Source: Candidatus Doudnabacteria bacterium (GTDB taxonomy: Bacteria; Patescibacteriota; Doudnabacteria; UBA920). Taken from it: DNA of 64,000 nucleotides. This document shows, piece after piece, positions 1 to 8,520 of this stretch. Position 1 is the stretch's first letter; each line of letters begins with the position of its first letter. Below the pieces are notes generated by a model that saw nothing but the letters and a program-made list of their open reading frames with translations, had not been told where the DNA came from and did no database searches. The DNA is taken from positions 702,305 to 766,304 of the forward strand of contig CAVYGQ010000001.1 in the NCBI GenBank assembly GCA_963768175.1, read 5' to 3'. The position numbers were made by a program, and so were the translations under genes.

Positions 1-367
1 GCTCCTCGGCCAAGTAATTCAAATTTTCCTGCAAGGTGCCGGACAATTCGCCGATGCGGATTAAATTTAACGCGAAAGCGCCAAAAATCTTGCGGAAACG
101 CTCCAGGCTGACGTGTAGATACTGTCCGTTTTCCACGTCTTTAGCCAACACCTCCAAAATTTGCGCGGTGGATTTGCTGCCGGCCTGGGACTTTAGCAAA
201 TTCACGCACTTTAAAATCGGCATGCCGGATTTCAGCAAAATGGACAGCCGTTTGACAATCATAATTTTTTCTTTGGCCGACAATCGCAAGAAATATTGCT
301 TGGGAACTGCGGCTTCCGTTGCCGCGTAAAGCGGCGCAGCGGCTGATTTTTTGGTTCGTGGATTCAT
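1..367 (-). CDS. pilC: Type IV pilus/T2SS inner-membrane platform protein PilC/GspF (5' part, runs off window edge)
   Basis: Manual translation from ATG 367: MNPRTKKS...RLSILLKSGMPILKC...DVENGQYLHVSL...LIRIGELSGTLQENLNYLAEE, a typical GspF-domain pattern. Lies downstream of pilB. Not in the ORF track because it is truncated. Confidence 0.9.
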   Translation of the reverse strand, partial: MNPRTKKSAAAPLYAATEAAVPKQYFLRLSAKEKIMIVKRLSILLKSGMPILKCVNLLKSQAGSKSTAQILEVLAKDVENGQYLHVSLERFRKIFGAFALNLIRIGELSGTLQENLNYLAEE

Positions 368-541
368 AATTTATAGCTTTCTTCGGCATCGAATTTACTT
401 CGGGCCGAAGAAAAACTTCTCCGAAAAATTTGGGTTCCCTAAATTTCTGAAAGAAATTAAGGGCTTCCAAAAAGATAGGATTTCTGCCTTCGGCAGAAAT
501 GGTTGGAAAGAAAAAACTGGTAAGTTTTGTCTTTCCAAATT

Positions 542-1975
542 CTATTCGTACAGCATCCTAAACACTTCTTCAATGGTGGTTATGCCGGCCGCGGCTTTCC
601 CCGCGCCGTCCTGAAACATGGTTACCATCCCCTGCCCCACCGCCAGTTTTTGGATCTCGCCGGCCGTGGCTTTACGCAAAATGGCATCACGGATAGTCTG
701 GTCAAGCAATAATACTTCATGCACGCCTATCCGGCCGCGATAACCGCTTTGGCTGCACTTCTCGCAACCCCGACCATAGTAGAAAACTGGCAACTCGGAC
801 TTATTTTTTAAACCAAAGGCTTCAATAAGCCTCTTTGACTCTTCCAGTGACAACTTTTTTTCCGTACGGCAAAATCCGCAAATTTTCCGCAACAGGCGCT
901 GACCAATAGCCACGTTGACGGTGGAAGCAATTAAATAAGGTTCTATGTGCAAATCCAAAAGCCGGGGCAAAGTGGTGGCGGCATCGTTGGTATGCAGGGT
1001 GGAAAATAGCAAGTGGCCGGTCAGCGCGGTGTTTACGGCCAACCCCGCGGTTTCCTGGTCGCGGATTTCGCCCACCATAATAATGTTGGGGTCCTGCCGC
1101 AAAATACTGCGCAGGCCGTTGGCAAAAGTTAGGCCGGTGCGGGAATTGACCTGTATTTGATGGATGCCTTCCAAAGAATATTCTATGGGGTCTTCCACGG
1201 TGACAATGGAAACTTCTTTGTTGCTGATCATTTTAATCAGCGTATATAAAGTGGTGGTCTTACCACTTCCGGTGGGACCGGTGGCCAAAATCATGCCATA
1301 AGGTTTTTTTATGGCACGCAGGATTTTTTCCTGGTTTAATTTGGAAAAACCCAAGGCGTCCAGATTAAATTCCGCGGCCTGGTCGGAAAGCAGGCGCAAA
1401 ACCGCGTTCTCGCCGTAATAGGTCGGCACCACGGACACGCGGACGTCAACGGGAGCCGGCAAATTCTCGTCCCAGCGGAAACGGCCGTCCTGGGCCGCCT
1501 GGTGCTCGTCAATGCGCAGGCCGGCCAAAATTTTTATGCGGGAAATAATTTCCGCGTGGAGGCCTTTGGGGAAACTTTCCGCGTCCTGCAAGACGCCGTC
1601 CACGCGCAGGCGCACGTTGACTCCCTGCTTACCGGGATCTATGTGGATATCCGAAGCCCGGTGGTTGTAAGCGTTCTCTATAATCTGGTTTACTATACTT
1701 ACAATGGAAAGTTTGGGCGTGACCAAAGCCGCGCCCTCGGCAATGGCGCGGGCCGCGTGCCCGGCCGCTTTGATAATCGGCTGGGCGGCTTCGGAAACCG
1801 CTTCTATTGCGGCCGCAGCCGGATTGTGGCCGGCGGTATGGTCTTGGCTGTCAACCTTAATCTGCGGCGCGGCGGAAAAAGCCTTACCTTTAATTTTAAC
1901 CTTAATTGAGCCTTGTTCTTGCTTCCGCTGGTCTTTGCCAAAACCTAAATTTATACCTTTTAATCCAAAAAACAT
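542..1975 (-). CDS. pilB: GspE/PilB-family pilus assembly ATPase (short N-terminus)
   Basis: ASDIHIDP, RVDGVL, Walker A GPTGSGKTTT, TVEDPIE, LRQDPNIIMVGEIRD, TGHLLFSTLH, CxxC...CxxC zinc motif. Confidence 0.93.
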   Translation of the reverse strand: MFFGLKGINLGFGKDQRKQEQGSIKVKIKGKAFSAAPQIKVDSQDHTAGHNPAAAAIEAVSEAAQPIIKAAGHAARAIAEGAALVTPKLSIVSIVNQIIENAYNHRASDIHIDPGKQGVNVRLRVDGVLQDAESFPKGLHAEIISRIKILAGLRIDEHQAAQDGRFRWDENLPAPVDVRVSVVPTYYGENAVLRLLSDQAAEFNLDALGFSKLNQEKILRAIKKPYGMILATGPTGSGKTTTLYTLIKMISNKEVSIVTVEDPIEYSLEGIHQIQVNSRTGLTFANGLRSILRQDPNIIMVGEIRDQETAGLAVNTALTGHLLFSTLHTNDAATTLPRLLDLHIEPYLIASTVNVAIGQRLLRKICGFCRTEKKLSLEESKRLIEAFGLKNKSELPVFYYGRGCEKCSQSGYRGRIGVHEVLLLDQTIRDAILRKATAGEIQKLAVGQGMVTMFQDGAGKAAAGITTIEEVFRMLYE

Positions 1976-2203
1976 AATTTTTTGGCTTAGTCAAATAAAT
2001 CCTGATAAACGGGCGTTAAATTTAAGCCTCGCATAAGCGTTTGTCAGTAAAACTGACTATACCACAAAGCTTAAATTCCGTAAAGCCCCCTATGGCTGCT
2101 TTAAATACCAAAAAATCCCCCTAACTTTAGGCTGGGAGGATTTTTTATTTTATTTCTTCGGCGAGATTTTTTCCCCGTTTCCGAAAATAACTTGGTCCTA
2201 CCG

Positions 2204-2422
2204 TTACTTCCGGTCGGTATCGGGTATTAAACCCTGCCTGATTAACGCCGAGCGCTGCATGATAATTTCCGCGTCTTTTCCGCGGAAAAGACAAATTCTG
2301 CCGCAACCGCGGCACTTGACTTCCAACGCGCTTTGCGCGCCCTGCAAAAAGCCCTTGCATAAGAGCTTGTTGCAGTCCGGGCAGCGATACTCTGGTAAAG
2401 ATTTTAAATCTATGTCGTCCAT
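2204..2422 (-). CDS. Small zinc-ribbon protein, Mu Com-like
   Basis: EYRCPDCNKLL...EVKCRGC pattern. Upstream TTGACA-17-TATTAT promoter at about 2462-2490. Confidence 0.65.
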   Translation of the reverse strand: MDDIDLKSLPEYRCPDCNKLLCKGFLQGAQSALEVKCRGCGRICLFRGKDAEIIMQRSALIRQGLIPDTDRK

Positions 2423-2514
2423 CTTTAAAAATCCGGTTTAAATTTTTTGCGGGTCAAGCGTATAATAGTCTAAACCTTTTTGCGTGTCAATATTTGCATT
2501 ATCTTGTTCGCGCA

Positions 2515-2561
2515 TAAAAAAGACCGCCCTCTCTCCCAGTCAGACCAGGAGAGCGGGCGGT
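2515..2561 (-). terminator. Intrinsic terminator after the PEP-CTERM gene
   Basis: ACCGCCC..CTCTCC/GGAGAG..GGGCGGT hairpin followed by a T-run on the minus strand. Confidence 0.65.
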
Positions 2562-2595
2562 GTGCAGTCCAAGGGCGGCTAAAGGCTGGCTTCCT

Positions 2596-3210
2596 TTACC
2601 ACCGCTGAAGGCGGCGGTAAAGAGGCCCAACAATCAACAGGCCGAGGCCGAGCAGGACCAAGGTGCCAGGTTCGGGAATTTTGGGGGGTGCCGAACCCTC
2701 ATTAAAGAGCTGGCCTACCCAGCTGCACTGATTGCCTGTCTCAAGCAAGACGTAGGCGTGGCTCCAGTCGTAATTGCCGACCGAAGCCAAAACCGCCGCC
2801 ACTTGCGCCTTTTGGGCCGGAGTCAGTGGAAAATCAGCCGGATCTGTGAAATTCCAGATCTCATGCTGCAAGGACACGTCCAGCGCTTGATCGGTAGGGC
2901 TGAACCCCTGACCAAGCAGGAACATGGCCTTGAACTGATCCACAGTTAAGCCGAGCACACCGGCCAAGCCGGTCGGGTCGGCCAACGACACCACGATGAC
3001 GTTCCATTGGTTTTGCGTAATGTGGTCTTTCGCGTCAATGCACCACATCGTAATGAGTAACTCGTTAAGTTTCCCGGCAGCGTCTGCGACATAGTACGTC
3101 CCGTCGGTAAACCCTGCGGGGTAATTAACGAAGGTTAGGGTATCCGCGGCTGCAGTAGCCGGGACCAAAGCGATGATCAACAACATGAGGTACAGCAGGC
3201 ATCGTCTCAT
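2596..3210 (-). CDS. Secreted protein with PEP-CTERM sorting signal
   Basis: N-terminal signal peptide. C-terminus IPEPGTLVLLGLGLLIVGPLYRRLQRW (PEP motif, TM helix, basic tail). AAGGAGG SD. Confidence 0.88.
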   Translation of the reverse strand: MRRCLLYLMLLIIALVPATAAADTLTFVNYPAGFTDGTYYVADAAGKLNELLITMWCIDAKDHITQNQWNVIVVSLADPTGLAGVLGLTVDQFKAMFLLGQGFSPTDQALDVSLQHEIWNFTDPADFPLTPAQKAQVAAVLASVGNYDWSHAYVLLETGNQCSWVGQLFNEGSAPPKIPEPGTLVLLGLGLLIVGPLYRRLQRW

Positions 3211-3302
3211 TGATAGAGAGATCCTCCTTGTCGTCTCCCAACAGGCTCTTACAGCAGCCCGCAGGGTAAATAATTATACCATATACCGTTTTGACAAGTA
3301 AA

Positions 3303-3407
3303 CCCCGGCACCACGCCTTTACAGGCGTGGCCTTAGGGAATTACGCTGCGCGTTTTTATAGCATTCATCCCCATCTTTACAGATGGGGCTTTCTGCGTGG
3401 TGCGGGG
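3303..3407. mobile_element. MITE-like element with TAAA direct flanks (same family as the gdhA insertion)
   Basis: TAAA-CCCCGGCACCACGC ... GCGTGGTGCGGGG-TAAA. Confidence 0.65.
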
Positions 3408-3566
3408 TAAATGGACAAAAAACAGCCTTCATAGGCTGTCTTTGACAAGATCCCCAATCCACGGATCCCTTATTAAAATTTTGTCTTAAAACCCAAAACA
3501 AAAGTTATAATACTTTTTTCAAATACCCCGCACCATTCGTCTGACTCAGGTACGGGGCAAGCTGCC

Positions 3567-6539
3567 CTACAATACTTTTTTCAGATATTGGCCGGTGTAA
3601 GAAGCCTTAACTTTTGCTAAATCTTCGGGCGTGCCAATGGCCACAACCTGGCCGCCTTTGTCTCCGCCTTCCGGGCCTAAGTCCACAACCCAGTCCGCGG
3701 TTTTTATCATATCCAAATTGTGTTCAATAACCACCACGGTGTTGCCTTTGTCCACCAGTTTATTTAGCACGCTGATTAAGCGCTTGACGTCGGCAAAATG
3801 CAAACCCGTGGTCGGCTCATCCAGCAAATACAGAGTCCGCCCAGTGGAGGCGCGCGAAAGTTCCGTGGCCAGCTTAATCCGCTGCGCCTCGCCGCCGGAA
3901 AGCGTAGTGGCGTTTTGCCCCAGGCACATATAGCCCAAACCGACCTGGCTTAAGGTTTCCAGTTTTTTGTGGATTTGCGGCAGATTGGCGAAAAAGATTT
4001 TGGCCTCGTCCACGGTCATTTCCAAAACATCGGCAATGGTTTTGTCTTTGTAATGGATTTCCAAAGCCTGCTGGTTGTAGCGCTTACCGCCGCATTCTTC
4101 GCAGGTAATGTAAACGTCGGGCAAAAAATTCATTTCCACCATAATGACCCCGTCGCCGGCGCACTTTTCACAGCGGCCGCCTTTAACGTTAAAGCTGAAC
4201 CGGCCGGCCTTGTAGCCGCGCATGCGGGCTTCCCTGGTGTCGGCAAAAATATCGCGGATCGGGGTAAACAGGCCGGTATAGGTGGCCGGGTTGCTGCGGG
4301 GGGTGCGGCCAATGGGGCTTTGGTCTATGTTGATGATTTTGTCTATATGCTCCACGCCAAGGATTTTTTTGTGTTTGCCCGGCTCTTCCTTGCTGTTGTA
4401 AAAATACTTGTAAAGCGCGCGGGCCAAAATATCGTGGAACAGCGTGGATTTGCCGCTGCCGGAAACGCCGGTCACGCAGATAAATTTTCCCAACGGGAGG
4501 TCCACGTTAATTTCCTTTAAATTAAACTCCGCGGCGCCAAAAATGGAAAGTTTGCGCCCGTTGCCCGGCCGCCTTCTTTTGGGCACTTCTATAAATTCCC
4601 TGCCGGCCAAATACTGGCCGGTCAGGCTTTTAGCGCTTTTTTGTATATCCCTGGGCGTACCCTCGGCCACCAATTCCCCGCCGTGCTTGCCGGCGCCCGG
4701 GCCGATGTCCACCACCCAGTCGGCTTCGCGGATGGTTTCTTCGTCGTGCTCCACCACAATTACCGTGTTCCCCAAGTCGCGCAAATCTTTTAGGGTCTGC
4801 AAAAGTTTGCGGTTGTCGCGCTGGTGCAAACCGATGGAAGGCTCGTCTAATATATAAAGAACGCCGGTTAGGCCCGAGCCGATTTGCGTGGCCAAACGGA
4901 TGCGCTGGGCTTCCCCGCCGGAGAGGCTGTCGGCGGCGCGGTCCAAAGACAAATACGCCAACCCGACGTTAAGCAAAAAAGCCAAACGGCCGCTGACCTC
5001 CTTTAGCACCTGTTTGGCAATGGCCAAATCTTTTTGGTTTAAGGTCTTGTTTAAATCCCGAAAAAAATTAAAGGCGGCCTGGATGTTCATGGCCGAGGCG
5101 TCCACAATTCCCACTCCGCCCACCAGCACGGCCAAAACTTCGGGCTTAAGGCGTTTGCCCTGGCAGGACGGGCATCGGCGCACGCGCATATAATTTTCTA
5201 TTTCGCTGCGCATGTATTCGGAATCGGTTTCGCCGTAGCGGCGCTCCAAATTCGGGATAACGCCTTCAAAAGCGGTGTTCATCTCAAACTCGCCGTCGCG
5301 GGTGGAAAATTCGCCCATGACTTTAACTTTTTGCCCGCCGGTACCGTAAAGGATTATGTCTATAAATTTTTTGGGCAAATCTTTAACGGGCGTATTCACG
5401 GAAAAACCGTACTCTCTGGCTACGGCCTGCAGGATGCGGCTATACCAGGACAGGCGCGACGTGGTTTTGCTCCAGGGGCGGATGGCGCCTTCGGCCAAAG
5501 TCAAACGCTGGTTGGGCATAACCAAATCCGGCTCCACGGTCAGCTTATTGCCCAGGCCTTTGCATTCCGGGCAGGCGCCATGCGGGTTGTTAAAACTAAA
5601 ATCCCGCGGATCAAGTTCGGAGAACTGCACGTGGCCTTCCGGACAGGCGAATTTTTGCGACAGTACAATCTCCTGCGGAGATTGTACCTTATTACTCTCT
5701 CCCTTCTTGTCCGCCGAAGCTTTCTTGTCCAACGTAGCCTTGGCGGAGTCGGAAGCGAAGGCGGATGGGAGAGAGTGCCCCGAACGAAGTGAGGGGGAGA
5801 GAGGGTTATTAAAATCTTCGACTTTTACCACCATCGCAATCCCATCCCCAAGGTCCAAAGCTTTCTCCAGTGATTCCGAAAGTCTGCCCTTGTCTTGAGG
5901 ATTGATGCTCAAACGGTCCACCACCACGTCTATGTTGTGCTTTTTTTGCTTATCCAAATTCAGCCGCTCGGCCTCGTTTAAATCCATAACCGTCTTGTCC
6001 ACGCGGACGCGGGCAAAACCGGCTTTCTTGATTTGTTCAAAAATCACGCGGTGTTCGCCTTTTTGGTCTTTAATAAACGGCGCCAGCAAAATAATTTTCG
6101 TGCCGGGCTTAAAACTCAACAGTTGCTCCACCATGGCGGCAATGGTTTGCCCCTGGATTTTTTTGCCGCAAACCGGACAGTGCGGCTGGCCGATGCGCGC
6201 CCAAAGCAGGCGCATGTAGTCGTAAATTTCCGTAACCGTGCCCACGGTTGACCTGGGGTTATGCGAAGCGGATTTTTGGTCTATGGATATTGCCGGGCTA
6301 AGGCCTTCTATTTTGTCCACGTCCGGTTTGTCCATCAGGCCAATAAACTGCCGCGCGTAGGCGGAAAGCGATTCCACATAGCGGCGCTGGCCTTCGGCGT
6401 AAATGGTGTCAAAAGCCAAAGACGACTTGCCGGATCCTGACAGGCCGGTTAACACCACCAGCTTGTTCCGTGGCAAATCTACGTCCAAATTTTTTAAATT
6501 GTGCTGCCGCGCCCCGCGGATGGAAATTTTGTCGTACAT
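3567..6539 (-). CDS. uvrA: Excinuclease ABC subunit A, with an in-frame nested palindrome insertion
   Basis: [18 protein letters not shown], two ABC modules with LSGGEAQRI, zinc fingers. Confidence 0.98.
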   Translation of the reverse strand: MYDKISIRGARQHNLKNLDVDLPRNKLVVLTGLSGSGKSSLAFDTIYAEGQRRYVESLSAYARQFIGLMDKPDVDKIEGLSPAISIDQKSASHNPRSTVGTVTEIYDYMRLLWARIGQPHCPVCGKKIQGQTIAAMVEQLLSFKPGTKIILLAPFIKDQKGEHRVIFEQIKKAGFARVRVDKTVMDLNEAERLNLDKQKKHNIDVVVDRLSINPQDKGRLSESLEKALDLGDGIAMVVKVEDFNNPLSPSLRSGHSLPSAFASDSAKATLDKKASADKKGESNKVQSPQEIVLSQKFACPEGHVQFSELDPRDFSFNNPHGACPECKGLGNKLTVEPDLVMPNQRLTLAEGAIRPWSKTTSRLSWYSRILQAVAREYGFSVNTPVKDLPKKFIDIILYGTGGQKVKVMGEFSTRDGEFEMNTAFEGVIPNLERRYGETDSEYMRSEIENYMRVRRCPSCQGKRLKPEVLAVLVGGVGIVDASAMNIQAAFNFFRDLNKTLNQKDLAIAKQVLKEVSGRLAFLLNVGLAYLSLDRAADSLSGGEAQRIRLATQIGSGLTGVLYILDEPSIGLHQRDNRKLLQTLKDLRDLGNTVIVVEHDEETIREADWVVDIGPGAGKHGGELVAEGTPRDIQKSAKSLTGQYLAGREFIEVPKRRRPGNGRKLSIFGAAEFNLKEINVDLPLGKFICVTGVSGSGKSTLFHDILARALYKYFYNSKEEPGKHKKILGVEHIDKIINIDQSPIGRTPRSNPATYTGLFTPIRDIFADTREARMRGYKAGRFSFNVKGGRCEKCAGDGVIMVEMNFLPDVYITCEECGGKRYNQQALEIHYKDKTIADVLEMTVDEAKIFFANLPQIHKKLETLSQVGLGYMCLGQNATTLSGGEAQRIKLATELSRASTGRTLYLLDEPTTGLHFADVKRLISVLNKLVDKGNTVVVIEHNLDMIKTADWVVDLGPEGGDKGGQVVAIGTPEDLAKVKASYTGQYLKKVL
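5694..5805. repeat. Three-level nested palindromic elements inside uvrA
   Basis: Outer ACTCTCTCCC/GGGAGAGAGT arms. Middle 30-nt element split as 5706-5723 + 5754-5765. Inner 30-nt element 5724-5753. Confidence 0.85.
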
Positions 6540-6695
6540 GTAGCGACCCTAATTACCCGAATGTCATCCGAATTATCCGAATGGGCCCAATTCGGGTCAT
6601 TCGGGTATAATTCGTAAATTCGGGTCGATAAATAAATGAGATAGACTGGTAGCAATTTTACCACATATGTCAAGAGAGGGCAAGAGCCTAAGGGC

Positions 6696-7562
6696 GGGTA
6701 TACTAGGGCAGTTGGAACAAGAGTAATATACAGTTTATGATAATTAACACTCTTGTTTTATGATAGCTCTCTTAAACCAAATACCGTCGGAAGCCAAAAT
6801 TAAGCAACAATTAAGGAAAATCGTTTTCGGAAAGAATTTGGCCTGTCCCAGGTGCCGCAGCAGAAAAGTGTATTCATCAGAAAACCGTTATCGCTGCCAG
6901 AGATGCCGCAAACCCTTTGGCCTGCTGACTGGCACTTGGCTTTCAGGGATGAAATTAAACCTCAGAACTTTCTACGCTCTACTCTGGTGCTGGACTCAAA
7001 GGATTCCCGTACTTCAGTCCCAGAAACTCTGCCATGTGGGGGAAGAAGCGGTTTACCACTGGTTTAGGCAATTTCGATTGCATTTGCCCGATTTACAGCC
7101 CATTTTAACAGGCTGTGTCCAAATGGATGAAGCTTACTTTAAACAACTTTCATTACTATTGGCTAAGCAAGTCGGGAGTAAAAAACTGGCGCATCAAGTT
7201 ATTTTTAAAAATTCTGTTAACAAGACTGAAGCCTCGCAATTCATTTTTCAAAGCATAGAGCCTAACACTAAGCTGCAAACCGACGGCTCAGGCATCTACA
7301 AAAAGATTGAGCAGTGGTGGCAGGTGAAGCATAAAGTTGATATACACAAAAAATTTGAGTTTGGATTAACCTCTGAAATTGAAGGCATGTTTGGCAACCT
7401 CAGGACTTTTATCCGACGGATGTACCACCATACTACCCCAGAATACCTGCCGGAATATGTGAGTGAATTTTGCCTCAGGTTTTCCTCACCGGAAATCTTT
7501 AGTTCGCCTAATGTTTACTTATCTAAAACGCTGAAATCTGTTCCATTTGACTAGGAATACCC
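6696..7562 (+). mobile_element. IS1595-family insertion sequence
   Basis: Imperfect 24-bp TIRs GGGTATACTAGGGCAGTTGGAACA / TGTTCCATTTGACTAGGAATACCC (17/24). 8-bp direct repeat CTAAGGGC at 6688-6695 and 7563-7570. Confidence 0.9.
6760..7554 (+). CDS. IS1595-family DDE transposase
   Basis: N-terminal CPRC...YRCQRC zinc ribbon. MDEAYF, QTDG, EIEGMFGNLR and YVSEFCLRF motifs. Confidence 0.9.
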   Translation: MIALLNQIPSEAKIKQQLRKIVFGKNLACPRCRSRKVYSSENRYRCQRCRKPFGLLTGTWLSGMKLNLRTFYALLWCWTQRIPVLQSQKLCHVGEEAVYHWFRQFRLHLPDLQPILTGCVQMDEAYFKQLSLLLAKQVGSKKLAHQVIFKNSVNKTEASQFIFQSIEPNTKLQTDGSGIYKKIEQWWQVKHKVDIHKKFEFGLTSEIEGMFGNLRTFIRRMYHHTTPEYLPEYVSEFCLRFSSPEIFSSPNVYLSKTLKSVPFD

Positions 7563-7685
7563 CTAAGGGCTAATATTCCCCCTCTTAAGATAAAGATGTT
7601 ATTTAAGCCAAAACGAAACCGGATCCATACCTAATTTATCTCAAAGAGATAATTTAGATGCGGATCCGGGTATTGCGATTCCGGG

Positions 7686-8030
7686 TCATGGCGATGTGAT
7701 ATTCCTGAGGATCTCATTTAGCAGTTGCTTCCACTCCGGTGCAGGAAGTGTAACGGCCGCGAAGACGAGAGCCCCGAGAGCCAAAGCCAGAACGATGATG
7801 CAGAAGGCTTTCATCGGCGCACGAACGGTTGCGCGATACGCCCACTTTGCGCCATCTCTGACGATTCCGACGGTAACGAGAATCGTAACTACGAGAAGTG
7901 CTACTACGAGGAGGAAGTCGTCGAAGAAGATGTCGGTTTCGCTATCATCCCGCTTCCACTTCTTCTCCATCGGCCGGCTCCGCTCGCAACCGAGGTCTTT
8001 TGCTCTCTCCGGCGTCATCATTGCCTGCAT
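7686..8030 (-). CDS. Hypothetical membrane protein (2 TM), SD-led islet
   Basis: Two hydrophobic segments. AGGAGG just upstream of ATG. Confidence 0.6.
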   Translation of the reverse strand: MQAMMTPERAKDLGCERSRPMEKKWKRDDSETDIFFDDFLLVVALLVVTILVTVGIVRDGAKWAYRATVRAPMKAFCIIVLALALGALVFAAVTLPAPEWKQLLNEILRNITSP

Positions 8031-8038
8031 GGCTCCTC

Positions 8039-8299
8039 CTAGCAGGCCACCTTGACGCAGTTGGCGACCTCCAAGAATTGCTTGAGGTCGTTCTCGGTGA
8101 GCTGACGGTAAAACTTAACCTCATACGTTCCGTTGGCCCGCCGCCTGTAAGTCCTCACCCGGGTATCGCGAATCAAAAATGTTGCCAAGGCATCCTCGGA
8201 GACGCCCTCAGCGGGCTTTACAACCACCCACTGAATCCCGGGACGAATAGCTGGCTGATGCACCAGCTCGCCTTCTACCAACGAAATCCTTGTAGACAA
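8039..8299 (-). CDS. Hypothetical protein, SD-led islet
   Basis: AAGGAGG 5 nt before TTG start. Its stop overlaps the SD of the next gene. Confidence 0.6.
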   Translation of the reverse strand: MSTRISLVEGELVHQPAIRPGIQWVVVKPAEGVSEDALATFLIRDTRVRTYRRRANGTYEVKFYRQLTENDLKQFLEVANCVKVAC

Positions 8300-8520
8300 A
8301 ACATCCTCCTTCTGGCCGGGATTGCCGGCCCAACTGATACAAATCCAATAACCAGAAACTACCAGATAATAGACATCCGGTCAAGGTGCGATTATAATTA
8401 TTTGAGATACCGATATACAGATTCATTCGGATGATACTGATAATACAGATACCTTTTTCAATACGCATCAGTATTGTCCGTATCATCGGTATTCATATCC
8501 GTATATCAGTATCATATTTT

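Noticed and set aside
141-470. 109-aa minus-strand ORF from the track
   Set aside because: Overlaps the true PilC frame (start 367) and has no recognisable motifs
3631-6251. Numerous plus-strand ORFs of 60-180 aa opposite uvrA (likewise opposite other long genes)
   Set aside because: Antisense shadows of well-supported genes
8431-8520. N-terminal extension of UvrC (MILIIQIPFSIR...)
   Set aside because: Translation of a tandem-unit hairpin; homology starts at ATG 8521
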